Made by a program: the position numbers and the translations under genes. The notes below the pieces were generated by a model. It saw only the letters and a program-made list of their open reading frames with translations, did not search any database and was not told the origin of the DNA. 64,000 bases of DNA from Lingula anatina (lineage: Eukaryota > Animalia > Brachiopoda): NCBI GenBank assembly GCA_051362555.1, contig CM120640.1:34987967-35051966 (forward strand), read 5' to 3'. Each line of letters starts with the position of its first letter. The stretch's first letter is position 1. This document shows positions 27,671 through 43,415 of the stretch, piece after piece.

Positions 27671-30600
27671 CGTCAAGTAGAGTGTAGTGACGCTGGTGGT
27701 TGTAGGTGTACGTTTTGGAAACAAGTAATTCAGGTTAACTAATTTGCACTCGGCGTGAGTCCCCGGAGAATTGGATCGATGGAATAAGACCCATAGTGTC
27801 GATGGGTACGAGGTCGTAATGAAAGGAAAAACTGAAATCGGTCAATGTATATATTATTTATAAAATTCTTATTAGGCTAGCCTATCATCCACATAGGGGT
27901 TTTATGACAAGGGACTGTACTTCTTTTGTACTCCTTTTGTTTGGGCGACTCGTAGGACAAGCCAGCATTATCATCAGGTGACTAACGGCAAAGTATGGTA
28001 AATTAGGACGCATCCATTTGCTTCACAAATGCATTTTACACTTTGAATTTCAACAACTTTCATGACAATTATTTTCACCATTATAGAACTTATTGCTTTA
28101 CATATATTAAAACAGTAAAATAGTAAAGGCATACCATGTATGCCTTTTTTACAGCAGAGATGATTTTTCTGGGCATTTCATCATTTTCCCTTTATCACCT
28201 GGGTCAAGTATATTTCCTTCCCAAAAATGCAGAGAAACTCGCCATCTATGAAGCTATTAATTCCTCATTTTTACCGTTATCAGCAAAATTCATATGTCTT
28301 TATCTCCATTACCAGTGGCAAACAATGTAAAAGCTCAGAACCAAACGGGTTTGGACATGAAATACTTTTGTGCTAAGGGGAAAATTATATGTCTGCTATG
28401 GAAAGATATGGCGGTCATTGTTTGACTTTAAAGAAGCAACTAAAGTGGGCAATGTCGGTCTGTGTTCAGTTCCCTCCCCCCGCCCCCCTTCTGTTTCATG
28501 CACTTGTAACAGCGTTATATTAGGAATATTCAGCAACATACATGTATTCCAGGGTCATGACAAAATTGTAGAGACCTACATGTAATTCTGTTCGTGCGTT
28601 ACTTTCAATATCAAAGACACCTAATTTTTGGCACATCCAAATTTTGTGTAACGTGCGTGCATGTATAAAGACACATTAAATCATTTTCTTATTTGTTTTA
28701 CCTCCAAGTATCTCAAAAGAACATTTTAACTTTAAAAGTCATAAACTGTGTATGTAAAACTTTATATTTACACATGTGACTCTGTTAAAGCAGCCTCAAT
28801 ACAAATTTAAAAAATACTTTCTTGGATACTTTCTTGTATCTTTTTTTATTCATTTAGCTAAGTAATTAATTATTAGTTGTTATATGTATAGTAATATTTA
28901 CATGTACATATTCTTCTGGAGAAAAAGGGTTTATCAAAACTGTCGGAAGAGGGCGGTTTCTTATCGTGAAATTAAGTACACTCTCAAAACATATCTGGAT
29001 GAATGATACAGGACCTGGAGATTTAATTAACTCCGTTCAAGTTATAATTCATACATCCCCAGAGGGCAAAAAAAAAAAGCGAATATTGAAATCAGACGCC
29101 TCTGAAATCATTATGAACTCCACATCAGTGGTTCTGGCTCATTGCGGTTTGCTCTACTTTTTTTCCCAAGGCTCTGTCTCAGGTGTAATAATGACTTTCG
29201 GTTATAGAAATAGTACGCAAGCCAATAATGCTGCATCTTTTTTAAACACGTTTGAAAAGTAAGAGTGCTTCTGTCGCTTAGAGCGTCTAGAGGGATTTTG
29301 CATCGTACATGTAAAACGGCGAGAATGTTGCGGTTATTCCGATTTGATTATTTCAGTGCAACTCGTCCGCTGCACAGATTTACTCAAATTGATGGTTGAG
29401 CAAAGGTAAACAGTGAAATAAGACCAATATCTAAATCTTCAAAGTGAAATAACGGATCTGCACCGGAAAGAGGATCCTTTTACGGAAATTACCTTTTCCA
29501 CGACAATATTCTAGCACAATTGACTTATACATTAAAGTCACGGCTGAATCGCATCAAATATACTCAATTAAATTGCCAGGTGTTTTTTAAGCCTTTATTT
29601 GTCGGATTAATTGATTTTCATACACGCCCCAGACGTCGTAGTCCACCCTATACTAGAGTCCCTTCTAGCTGTTCCAAAATTGTTCGAAGAAGAGTAGCCG
29701 AAGTTTCAGACGCAATGCAAATCAGCTTCATACCGTAATTTCCACGCTTGCCCGCTTATTCGGCTCTGACCTAAAACAGACTCCCCAAATATATCTGATA
29801 TCTGTTAATAGTCGATCATGTATAAACTAACGACCACGATTTGTCCAATGTTAACGCTTGGTATATGTATATTAGTAATGAGATATGTTTCTACGTGTGT
29901 GAGATCTACACTGTTTTAAATGACTCTAAACATATTTTTTAATATCCTCAGAGTACCAACTGTTTTAATTCATCTTAGCACTTTTAACTAACAATTTTTA
30001 TTTATCTTATTTTATTTAGTGAATTTAATAATTTATATTATTGTGCAACTATTTCAGTTGCAAATAAAAATTATTATTGTTAAAAATTGACGTTGACAGC
30101 GACATTTAGAGAATGGTACATTCATTGCTATAGTAAAACTTTGGACGACATAGACAAATCGGGACAACAATTATTTTAAGTTGAAATCAAATGAAATATT
30201 TATAAGGAAGTAAAGACAAATTATCTCTTCTTTCAAGAGATGCAAAGCCGTTGGTTTGATTGAATCACCCCCAATCACCATAAACCATAATTTTCGAAGC
30301 TAATTTTTGTAATCTTCAAACATACCAGTAATAATGTGAAACATATTCCTATGAGTCCGCCTTTGTTCTGCTTGATTAAGGACATGCGCAGTGGGAGCAG
30401 CTCCGACGTAAGTGTGGCCCCAGGGACAGCGCCAGTTCCGAGGGGGTTGAACAAAAGTAGCCTGAATGTACACTGAATCAGGGTATTCAATACCTTAGCG
30501 TCTGTGCGTTGACATGTATGCGTATGTTTTTTTTTTACTAGAAAAAAATGTTTCTTGGCGTCCACTGAGATTGTTTTTCAAATGAGCAGGAACCCTTAAA

Positions 30601-31041
30601 CTAATATACATGGACCTCACAAGTATTGTAAAGTATTGGTAAAGCATCTTTTACAGTTGCCAAACGGGTAATAGATTGGGGTTTTATAACTAGGCAAAGA
30701 CTAGTAACAAGTATGGGCCGAACCATGCACAAGACAGTGACCAGTATATATGTGTGCGTGCATTCAGTCTATAAAATTTAATCAAAAGGCATCTCACATA
30801 ACTGAATATGGACTCGAATTGTTTCCTTTGGGATCCATCGAAGTATGCAGAAAAAGCAGGTATTAATTTCAATTACTCTTTATTGGTACGCGCCGTCGAG
30901 CGCGGAGCATAATTACCTCCTCAGCGACGAAAGTTCAGAAAACGTCTAGTGCATTTTGACGTCGCAAAGGCTGGTACACGGGGATAGCTTTCGATACCCG
31001 TTGTCTATTTGTATTGAGAATTTGTGTTAAATGTGTGCCTT

Positions 31042-31149
31042 CCCAACAAACATCGATCGTTTTATAACGTAACGATAACGTAACTGTAACGATTCTTTGG
31101 TTATATAACGTTATGGTAACGTTATAATAACGTTCTGTGTTTTGCTGGG
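31042..31149. mobile_element. Short MITE with CCC...GGG termini and internal TAACG/AACGTT repeats
   Basis: CCCAACAAACA ... TGTTTTGCTGGG, with TT on both flanks. Confidence 0.65.
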
Positions 31150-31982
31150 TTAGTAGTGATACTAACACCTAGTGTGTTTAGAAATGAAACGCCAATGGAA
31201 CAATTCTATCAGTACAATATTGATAAGAGATCAATTATATTTCAATTATATTTTGAAATATTTCAATTTATATTTTAATTTTAACACACTGCATTCATTC
31301 CTTGAAAGGAGCTACCCGAATGTAAAGTTACTACATGTAGTAACTTTGCCCAACATTGGCTCCCATCTTGCAAGCTAAACATTATGACTTTGATATTGCG
31401 CAGTTAGCAACAATTAAATGTTTGTTATTGACAGTACACAAGTCGTATGGCAGATAAAACTGATCTGGGTACAATGTTGATTACTGATAAAAATCGATAT
31501 CCTACGATTTTACGAAATATGTGGATTACAATTTGAATATGAGTACAAGTAGATGTGATGTTTAAGAAAGCCATATAAAAGATGATTCTGAAGTATCACA
31601 AATATTAATACTGTTACAGGTGAAGAATTTCCCTAAACGCGATACAATTGTCCTACATGCATCTCATCTGCAAGATAATTCTTTGATTTCTACGCAAAAA
31701 ACGCAGGAAACGTAAGACATATGTCGCCCACCTCCGTCGTCTCTCTTTACATTTTGACACCTTAAGGCGCATTGCCACTCAAGATGTGACGCCTTAAAGT
31801 GAGAATTTTTAGCAGTCTAGCAATTTTTTACAACAGGGAGCCTATGGCATCAGTCTGTTATCAGGTCCTTCGCCATTTTAGCTTTAACTTCAAAGTTTAC
31901 TGCGGCTCCACTGATGGGTTGCTTAGATATTATATACGTGTACTAAATTAATCTGTCCCAACTGAAATAGAAGGGCGCCTCA

Positions 31983-34900
31983 CTAATTTGCCAAAAGCAA
32001 CAAATAAAGGAACCAGTATCCAATATTAAAAACCACAAAACCAACGAAAAAGACGTATTTTGATGCCCTGTCCACCTTGTTGGCATCCCATGCCAGATGT
32101 TTGACCTTTGTGCTGATCACGTGGTTCTCAATCTGTACGTCCACGGAGCTGACGCTACCGTCAACCTGGTCCACTGAATCAATCGATCCAAGAAACTGAA
32201 AAAGGCACAGGAAATATTTTAAAGGCTTCGGCTCTCAAATTAAACTTAAAAGGTATCTGTTTTTCGAAGACTAAGGATTCATAATTGGTTTGATATGTAG
32301 GTAATTTTCTTTTACTGTGGTGCCACTGTTTTTGAATCCATGATATAGAAAGAGAGGTATTAGAAGTGCACCAAAATTAAAGAAGCTTATTTAATACCAA
32401 AAATAGCATTCTCAAGGTTGCTTATTGGGGTAACTCATGCGTTCTAGTAACCTGTATGAAAATTACCAAGTAAAATCTAAAAAAAAGCATTTAGAAAAAG
32501 AGAAATAACGTCTGTATTACATACAGAAGTATTGGTATTCCTTTTACTTTCGCCAATCAACTGTTCCGCTTCTTGCCGCCTTCTTTTCCGTTCCTTTTGC
32601 AGCAGAACATTGACAAACGCATACTCCAAAACGGAACCAAAGACAAACAGCAGGCACATCGCCAACCACACGTCAACTGCTTTGATATAAGACACCCTGG
32701 GGAGACGCTCCTGGAGGCTGACGCTCTGTGTGGTGATGGTCAGGACGGTGATTAAGCCAATGGACACGCGGGCGGGAACTGCCACGGGGTCGATGAAGAA
32801 ATTGACGAAGGAGAGGATGACGACAACTATGGTTGGTGCGTAGATGTTCAAGAGGTAAAACCGGATGTCCCGTTTTAACCGAAATTCGGCGTATATACAG
32901 GTGTAGGCGCCTGAAAGAAAAGAATGGACATGAACGAAATGACCATCGATGTGGTTCATGTTGTTGATATTGCTGTTTAACACCTGGTAAACGTTGATTA
33001 ACAGTTCAAATATAACTGGCATTAACGATGCCTAAACGATGTCTAAAAATTAAAAAAATATGATCGAACGGTTCTCAAAAAGAATTTCCACGTCATATTT
33101 ATAAAAAACATATCCAGACATGCTGTAAATGGACCTTGCACGGAAATCCACATTCATCTTCGTTGACCAGACAAACATGGACGTTGTCATGGGAACATCT
33201 TATCTTTTTCACCGAAATCCATTATTTGATAATCATCTGTCTTACAAGTGATATCTTAAAGAAAACCGAACTGCAGATTAATCATTGATTTACCACATTT
33301 TTTTCATATGATGGGATTATTATCAGCACTTCATCATTTAAAGAAAGAAAGGAAATAAAATTACATGTTTTTCATCCGAAAACGTTGTTTTGAACATTCA
33401 CCCTTGCTATTGTACAGTACAATGCAACACCAACACATACACAGGGAAAGTGAAACTTCGAAGACATAGAGGAAGATTGATTTAATAAACAAGTTAAACA
33501 AGTTATGTATAACATAAAAATAGGTTACTTTGTAGCACATGTAAACGTCAGCACGTAAAAAAAACACTAGTACATGAGCTCTTGTAGATAAGCTCTTTAG
33601 CTTATGTGTTCAGAAATTCCCTGTCAATTCCTCAGTACCTGTTATTGTTCTTGTCGTGCAGTTCTTGGCTGTCACATTGTCCAATGTGAATTCTGGAATG
33701 TTTACATGGATGTCATCTTTGAACTGCAGTGGATGATCGCTCCAGACAAAGATTATATCATCCGTTGTGTAAGCATCTGAAAGTGATAACAGAGTCAAAG
33801 AGGTCATAAATATATATTGCAGCTTCACATCCGCCAGAAGCCTTGTATAAGCAAAACTAGTCGGAAGCGCTGATAAAGAATTGTACACATGAGACAAATA
33901 TGATGAAATAAGTGTTTCAGTAATGAAAATAACTGCATCAAAACATTTTGTCAATAAAGGCACATTAAGAAACGTTATTGTTTCACGCCTCAGGTGATAG
34001 AGATGTGTAGGTATTGCAAAATAGTAATAAAGTGAGTCATATCTAAATGAAAAAGCAACACAAAATACGGCAATTTCAATTTCACACTCGATAGACATGA
34101 TGAGAAGTAGAGACATATTTGCTAGTTTCCTTTCATGCAATCTTCTAATTACACTATTTCTATGATCATCATTACATCAAACGCAATCGTTACGTATATC
34201 CTAAAATCTTTCCTCAAAGCCCACGTTCATTGCAAATTATTTTCCCTGAAGATCTTAATCACTCAATATTTAACCCAAATGAGAGGCTGACATTTCATTC
34301 AGCTTCAGCGTTTCCATTACTTCTTCGATGAATGTCTACTAATGACATCAGGTGTTACACAGCCAAATGACTGCAATTGCATTTACCACAGACACGGCGT
34401 GTTTAACTTAAATCATACAAATACACAGTAAGTGAATGCTTACAATAATGTTCTAATGCCAGAAACGTTAAGTATCCTATTTTGCAAAAGAGAAAGTGTG
34501 TCATTTAGAGCAACTAACATTGCGTGACTCCAGTAATGCACTTCATGGATCGGATACTCACAGCTGTGCATCTCAATACGGCATGTCTGTATATCCATGG
34601 GGAAGTTTGTGAAGTCATATAAACAGTCCAGCCTTACGGACAGCCTGCAAAATAAAACTGATGAATTGTACATTTATATCACAAAGTCCTCATGAAGTCG
34701 GGTTTTTGTAAATTGTCATAAAGAATTTCAATGTTGACATAAGTTACGACAGTTTTCTCATTTTTTCAGCAAATGAAAATATGATGTAGAAAAATGAAAA
34801 GACTGCCACTTTACAAAACTAGAAGTAATTCATAAATATCATTCTTTTTCTGTTTCTAGTAGATCATAAACTTCGCCATCATTGCTGCTATCATCATTGT

Positions 34901-37900
34901 ATCTATAGCATATGTGTCAACAAGGCTAAAGGCTTGAAAAAAACATGATAAACCATAATAAATGTCAACCTCGTTTACATCACAGATAAGTGTGATCTTA
35001 TAAATATTATTTTTAAAAATTGTGTTTGACTTTACAGCAACGACCCCGCGGTTGGTTTCGACATCGGCGTCGTTCAAAACTGTTCCTTTTTACAAATTGG
35101 AATTGCAACTACGCTTCTTCTGAGTAAAATAAAGGTGATTTTAATTAAATCATCTCAATCTGAAGCCAATGCCTAAAACTACGAGGGTTTAATTAAAAAT
35201 CACCTTTATTTTACACGGGAGTAGCGTAGTTGCAATTCCAATTTGTAGAAAGGCAGAATTTTATTATAAATTAAACCATCTCAATCTGAAGCTAATGTCA
35301 AAAACCACGAATAACATCCAAGAAAAATCACACTGACCACACGCACTGACCACACGCTGACCACACGCTGACCACACCACTGACCTTTGAGAATAGAGAA
35401 TATTACCCTCCTCTGTGACCCTCAGCAATATATTCGGGGTGGTGATGTCATGCCTCCAGGATTGCTTTTCGTTCGAGAAGAACAGGTCCGGCACCCACAC
35501 GTCTCCTATTGCTTTATCAGAGAGCGTGATCCCGGACCGGTGAACATTATCCGAGAGATTGCTCGTGTTCAGTTGAAGGCGAGGGTCATTCCACATCTGT
35601 CGAAGGTAAAGGTTCACGGTGAAATCCTGAAACGAAAAAAAAAATGTTTTTGGTGTATATCTGAAATTATGAATTGTTTGTTCTCAAAATAGCAAAGCCA
35701 TGGAGTGCAACCATACTTACATATACATGTACCTGCACAAAGCGAGGGCGAGGGCTTGCTATATTCGAGGTAATTGCAATTTAAATGACTACAGAACATA
35801 CAGCATCATACTAGTGGTAATTGCATGTATGTGCTATATTCGAGGTAATTGCAATTTAAATGACTACAGAACATACAGCATCATACTAGTGGTAATTGCA
35901 TGTATGTGTATGGGCTTCCCTGACATTTCTGTCAAACAGAAGTATATCGAACAGTTGAAATCAAAAAATGTTTCAAAATATTTTTCAGCGACATTTACCC
36001 TGAGGTAGACGGACTGAAACCCTATTTTTTTTAATAATTTGTACCAGTAGTATAGGGCGTGCGTGTGTGCACGCGTGGTGCGTGTCAGTTGATTATTTGA
36101 AGAATAAGGGCATGCTTCTTTCTAATATGACGGTGAAATCATTCTTTCTACGTAGAATGTTCATCACTTTTCGTGAAATTCGCATTACCGATAGCTGCTT
36201 CTCAACACTGACGAAGGTATAATGTCATATAACCACATTTGCTTATTTTGCATGTGTTTGGGAGATATGACAGTGCCTTGTTCCTCAGAGACATCGTGAA
36301 TAACGAGTATCACTCTTAAAGATATTAGGGCAGGTTTTTTGTTTAAACTTAACATGCCAAATTTGACCCAAGAGAAATGCTGTCTGCACCAGATATATAT
36401 TGACCACTATTGTGGCACTTAATCGCAACGACCATCGTTTAAGGAACAGCTGTGCAACGTTATGAAAGAAATGAGATAACATGTAGGCCTACCATCTACC
36501 ATAAAAATCCAGGGGATGTAAGTGTCCAGGTCACCTAACGGTTTTTTTCTTTTACGCTAAAAAAGGCAATGTTACTGACCACGCTTACCAAACCTTCATT
36601 TACATGTGTGTTCAGTGTATAACTTCAGTGAAATTAAAGCCAAGTGCACGCAACAGATTGAGTGAACCAAACGTAAATTTACAACAGGAAACATTAATTA
36701 GTATTAACAAACAGTTTGTTTTTTATTGTGGTCGCAAAAATTCAATTACGTACTCAGAAAAATCTATAAATGAACATGGAAATAAATCAGCAACCAAGAC
36801 ATATCTCTTCCCAATAACTCGATGAAAAAGTTTTTCCTATTGTTTCTTGCATAGTGATGACAAAAAAAGTAGATTTTGTCTAAACAGACTAATGTTTTAA
36901 TACCCTAAGGTCTAGAGCTCACATCGACCAGTCAGTTACGTGATCCCTATAATATGAGGCGTCAAAACACCATTCCTCATAGGTAAAATTAAACACGTTT
37001 AGTCTCTTAAGATACCATTGACTTTTTCATTAATACCCGATAACTGTTCTCTTCACACATACAGTATCTTGCGCATTTGTTGAACAGTTGAGAGATTTTT
37101 TCGAACTGTATGTTCAGAGCCCATGATACTTCTTTGCCATTTAAGTCACTGAAGTGGCAGTTGGTAAGGTGTTGAATATAACACTTCTTAATGTATAATC
37201 AACGTAAGAAAAAATAAACACTTGGAAAAGATTCGTTTTCGAATGTACATGTCTTGGGCACATTGTTTTTTGGAAAATTTATCCTTATCGAGTTTCTTTT
37301 AATTTATCAATTAAAAGATAAGCGTTAGAGTGATTGTCCGCATTCTGCGCGACAAAGTAAAAATAAAACCTGAGCGTGAAATAAAAGATAAAAGTGCTGG
37401 CGCTAACCCTAAAAACAAAACTTTTAATATTAGCTTGCCCAGAGAGGTTATAATTCAATTTTTTCATTGGGAACATCAGTTTACTTTACAATAATTATCT
37501 GATTCGTTTCTCGGTAAAACGAGATTTTGTAAGAGAAATGCATTATTCGATCCAAATTCGCCTTTAAGATATTCCTGGATTGGTTGCGATAATGATTCGT
37601 CTACCCTTTACTGCACAAAACTGTTATCTGTCTAAATATGCTTAAACACAAATTACCATCACATTTAAAGTCTCAGATGCCGCAAACGGTATCAGGACAA
37701 TTTCCCCCCGGACAATTCCCCGCCCCCCCTGGACTATTCCCCCCGGACAATTCCACCCCGGACGATTCCCCCCCAGGGCAATTCCCCCCAGGACGATTCC
37801 CCCCCCCCCCGAAGAACACATATATTTATATACAAATATAAAGTAAAGAGTACAAAGTTCAAACCTTTTCATCCATTTTCTGAATATTTCTTAGTGTGAT

Positions 37901-40900
37901 GATGCAAATTTATCATTTTATTAAACAATTTATTTTCATGGAGTATAAGTACATGAAATTTTCGAGATAGAAGTACAGAACATTTTATTAAAAATCTGAT
38001 CAAAGAATATATATCTCCAGGTAAAGGAGGGGTAAACAGATTATCTCACTCATCCAGGTAGCACTTTGATGAATTAACTGTTACTTTTTAATTGCTTTAT
38101 TTCTCCCCCCCCTTGATTCAGTAAGTCTTGAATCAAGGTGCATCTCTAGGGAGAGGTGGGGTAAACAGATTTTCTCGCTTATCCAGGTATCCCTGTGACT
38201 ATTTGTCACTTTTAATTGCTTGACTACCACCCGCCACACTAAAATATTTATAAAATATCTGTTTACCTGTTCTTCTGTTTACCCCACTTTTACCTGAAGG
38301 ATAGGTGGTTATACTTCGATTAGATACTTATCTATATATCTATTGATAAGATACTTAATAAATCTTTCTGTACTTGTACTTAATGAAAAGGGAATTTGTT
38401 ATAAAATAATTTGTTTCATGATGAAGTTACATTATCACACTAAAAATATTAATAAAATGGATGAAATTTTTAAACTTTACACTTTCTACTTTATATTTGT
38501 ATATAAATATATATTTCTTGGGGGGGGAATCGTCCGGGGGGGAATTGTCCTGGGGGGGGAGTTGTCCGGGGGGGGGGAATTGTCCGGGGGGAATAGTCCG
38601 GGGGGGGGATTGTCCGGGGGGGAATTGTAGTAGAATCGCCGCAAACATTTAATATAGACGAATATTCGTTTGCAGAACGGAGTCCACATGTCGACACGCG
38701 GTTTGTCACACCCAAGTCAGTTGGATTAGACTGTAAACACATTTGCACATAATAAATAGTGTCTATTCTCTTCCGTTCCGAATGCAATTAGTGGAAAATG
38801 CCTATCTGGTATATTACGACCTTTGCTTTAATGCCCACCATGGGACGAATTTTTACGGCAATACAACCCAACTGGCCATTAGTTATTGCCCTCGAAAAGG
38901 ATGAAGATGACGTTCTGATGACTACGTGTCCAATTATTAGGTAAACGTGTTGTATTTATCATCATTATGGGCGACATCACCCTGAGTTTCACTGGCTGCC
39001 ACCGGAACCTCGCAAATTTAGCAAAGAATAAAAATCACAAACATCGTTGTAAAGTTTTTGGTTGGAAGACGCGTTAATACTACTGGAACTCCGACATGAC
39101 ATTTGTTCGATTATAATTGGCTTCCTTGAAAATACCCAAGATAAAGTTCGAAGTAAAATGAATATACAGTGAGCACCTATCCTTGTCACTTTCTTTGTTT
39201 TACAGTATTTTTCAGGAAGAAAAATAAAGTCAAGTCATTGACATCAGATAACGGCGCCAGAGACATTGTTCCAGACTTTTCCATCAATTCTAAAGTGCGT
39301 ATAGACCTGTTCTATCGAGTTTTAGATTTTAAAAATGCACAAACAAATAAGGTAATTTTAAATAAGGTTTTCAAGTTGACGGCTACACGTGTCCTTTTGT
39401 TAAGTGAAGATACCTTTAAAGCAATAAGTTTAGACTATTCTTTGGAAAATAGAAACATTGAAGACATCATATCAAATTTCCGCACACAGTCTCTATCAGT
39501 TTGTGTACAGTTAGCTGTACAACAAGCAATGCAGCATGCATTACAAGAAATAGAACGAGAACATTAAACAACTATGAAAAGGACGTTGACCTGTTTTACG
39601 CCTAAAATTGCTGGCTGGCTTATTTTAACACACTGCATTAATCGCACACCCTAATACCCATTTTCTATTGGAAAGCTCTGAGTGTATGATGGGTAGAATA
39701 GAGGCACTTAACAGTGCTAGCGTAATTCAACATCACACTGAATATCACTTAAAATAACAAAATATACAATTGCAGTCACAATATCAATGAAACCGTTTGC
39801 AAGTCCCACAATGGGACCCCCCATTATAACTTAATCGCTAATGGGCATTATGAACGTATTATAAGAAGCTATTTTTCATGCATATGTCAAATGACAAATT
39901 AAGCTGATAGGATCCAATTGCCCAAGGTGAAAAAAATCGCCAATTACCACATCGCATCAGTAGGTCAACTCTTACCATTGCTGCTGCATTGAATTCACTG
40001 AAGGAGTTGATCGCCAAATTGACTTTCACAGCAGTGGGGATTTCTGTAAAGAAATTGGTAAAATGCCGACAGATTATTTCCTGCAGGATCTGGCAATGGT
40101 GTTAACACACCGCACATTCAGATAACAAAGATGCTTAAAATGGTTGGAAGGTTTAAAAATAAATGTGTAATAAAGAGAGGGATCAAAACGAATCCTTTTT
40201 TCCTAGAACAATAAAAAGAAGTTAATAAGACGCTTTTCATCCAGTTTTATCGTAGAATCTTTTACATTACCAACACAAAGACGTTTAAATCTACATTTTG
40301 GCAATGTAACACAAATTCTGTTTCATCTATACACCTACAGTCTTGATAAAATTGTTTTACAAAGTCACCAAACATAACCAGGAAGCAGCATGATAACGAT
40401 CCCAAGCAAGTGCACACAAGGAGCTCTTTTGGCATGAATTGAAAATTGGAATAATTCAGTGCAGAGTATATCATGGTTTGATGGAGCGCTTAGATAGGTA
40501 TCTACAGACAACAAAACTTGCTGTCTAATTGATTGAATTAGGGGACGGCAATGTTGCATTTGATACGATCAATGGAATACTCTACATGATAAATACAATT
40601 ACGATACTGGCGTTAAACAACAACAAGAACATCTTTCCATTTAAGAACAGTTAGTAATACAGCCTCACAAAATTTTCGCAAAAAATGTGCTTAACCATTT
40701 GGTTTGCTGTAAAAACGAAAAAAAAAATAGCACAATACCAATAATACAGCAATACTAACATGAATGTTTAAAATACATGCAATTAGCAGAGGATAAAATA
40801 ATCAGAAGACGATTAGCACTGCATTTTCTGCCTTAAAAGCATTATATACATATCCATTTAGCTTTCAAAACGGTCAATGAGTGTAAAGTGTAGAGATCAT

Positions 40901-42127
40901 GCTGTATTATTAGTGGGCTGTTTGTCGTTTACTTGTCAAAACGCTATCTAAATGTTACATTTACTGTTCCGACATGCGACTCCTAAAATCGATACTAAAA
41001 ACGCCTCTCTGTGCATGTCGCAAGCTGCAGAACCAAATGGAGTCCGTCTACTTCCCCTGTTTTCATCGTTCATCAACCCAAACACTAATGAAACCATCTG
41101 CGTATAATAATAAGGTGCGGACTGTTAAGTGAAACAAAGGGATATCAGTCAACCAAATTCATTGACCCTAAAAGCATTATGATATAACGCAATCATCGTC
41201 ACGTTGTTTTCTTGTAGTTTGGGTCTATTAGAAAGCGTGGCCAGATTGACGCATTTCCCAACACGTACAGATGACAGGAAATTAAAAGGCAACTTCATTA
41301 CTGAGCTACATAAATGGTCAAGTAATTGGATGCCACATTAAGTCCACGATAAATCAATTCGATTATTAAATGGCGATGGCAAAATATGTTTTTGTGTATC
41401 TTCACAAATTATTGGATGATTCAAAGAGCGTCCGAATGGATATCATATGTCAAATTGGAAAAAAAAAACACAATTGAATTTCATAAGATCTTCGTCTTGT
41501 TATTATATTTTGAGATTGAGTAACTAGTTTATCTGACCAGATATGAACGTTTAATACTTCTCTTTGTTTGCAAGATTCTGAGCGCAGAGAAAATATCTTG
41601 TTTGTATATCATAATAAACAACACAAACATTACTAGGAGGCATTTTACTTTTATCACTGCAACAGTGTAGACAACATTAGGGTATGGAAAACTGCACCTC
41701 TTTAAATATAAACAACTTGACACAACGGCCATGGTATCATGATCATAGAAAAAGATCCATGACTTCTTTGAGGGCATCAACAAAGAGCAAATTTATAAAG
41801 TATAAATGTTCATGTTTGTTCGTGGGGCGTGTTTGTTGGTGCTTGCAGGCGTTCTTGTCGCTTTGTTTACGTCCCAACCTCATCCCCAACCCCGCCAAGG
41901 CATACAAATGCGCATTCCATCACAGCTCGTCATGCTGACGGCCTTACCCTTATGCAGATGAGGGCGTATCCTTCGGTCGTAATCATTGCTGAAGGTGATA
42001 TGGTCCAGGCTCAAGAGAGCATCCCTTTTTAGTTCGTATGATGACCTGAAATATGACAAGGCAATTCACAGACAAATGTTTTAGTTTTAATTTGAACCGC
42101 ATAATCATGGCAATAAAATCATTAGAC

Positions 42128-42174
<47 letters not shown>

Positions 42175-43375
42175 CAGGAGATGCTACCACAATTATTGCA
42201 ACATGTCGAACATAAATGCAAAATAAGAATTGTTTTTCACGAGTGTCTAAGTCCTCTGAAAACATAAAGGCCCAAGGTCCAACAAGACTAAAACAATTGT
42301 GTTTGTTTGCCAGCATCAGTTATCAGTGTGGTAGCCACGAATTCACAGTATGACCGCCATCCATCTTTGCATGGACACGTCGAGGCAATGTAATCTTTAA
42401 AATCATTTTTCCAATCTCTGACTACAACAAAGCATTCTTGGTCAACGCCTGTAACTGAGACTCCATGCTTCTACTGGAATTAAGGCACTTTTGCAACAAG
42501 GAGTCTCTCTGCAGACACCATGCCTTCTGGCAATTTTTGCCTCTGAGATTCGCTCCTCCCGTAGGGAGCCGTCTTCCTGGCATTACCTTTTTTTTTTTTG
42601 TTTCAGAGAACGAAATTTTGGACAAGTCCCTCAAGTGAAAGACGAACAAATAATCGACTTTGGTTACAATGCAGACGATTAGAAACAGCGTTTTTTTTTT
42701 CTCTTCTAGACAAGTTGCAATACATGCACCAAGTTTCAAGTCTATTGCAAATAACATTGCCTCATTTGAGTAAAACAAATTTTGACAATCATGCATAATG
42801 TTTCGCGTTTTTGGCTTTCATGTTTCTAGTTAAATTTCACTAAGTGCCACCTGGGGCCTTTGGGTTCTTGTGACAAATATAACCGCAGCTTTCGATCAGT
42901 GCAAATCGCATCAAATAAACTAAAACGTTCATCTTTCTCTATGGTTAAACCGCAATCAGTCAGCTATGCAAGGTAGAAAATGAAAATGTCAAGTTTAAAA
43001 CACATAATATGTAGAAAAGCAAACAGAATTTCCCACTGGTAGGCTATTTGCTTGAAGGCCTACGCTGCCAAGACTAGTGGGTTTTAGAAAAAAAATTCCA
43101 ATCAATATGAGACGGGGGCGCTCACAGGTGCGGATGGTACTTTCTGAGATTCTCCCGCAGGCACAGATAAGCACCCTGAGTTTGGGAGCTTACTGAAAAC
43201 TCATCTCCATTATAGAGGTGGGTATCTAGTCAGCTATGAAAGTCAGGGTGACGATAGGATGCTCAAAGAGGCGTTATCTTGCTTCTGACCTAAGTGACCA
43301 TGTAAAACACAAATACAAGTGTTCGTGTGTGAGCGTGTGTACGACGTTTAATTATCAAAGTCGAATACGAAATAC

Positions 43376-43415
<40 letters not shown>

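Noticed and set aside
33610-34140. 176-aa ORF
   Set aside because: Only 33776-33639 is a channel exon. The rest is intron read-through. The same applies to the ORFs at 32477-33022 and 35264-35617.
37638-38787. Several Pro- or Gly-rich ORFs (PPGQFPP..., GGELSGG...) and CRISPR-like looking short repeats
   Set aside because: They are translations of the subrepeats in the TIRs of a MULE-like element with a 9-bp TSD. There are no unique spacers or cas genes, and the context is eukaryotic.
39169-39567. 132-aa + strand ORF in intron 3 of channel 3
   Set aside because: No ATG start or recognisable domain. It may be a TE remnant, but this cannot be supported from the sequence alone.
43194-43301. Nearer candidate first exon for channel 3 (GTAAGC donor at 43193)
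   Set aside because: In the required phase it gives only MEMSFQ with no signal peptide. Exon 49837-49755 fits far better.
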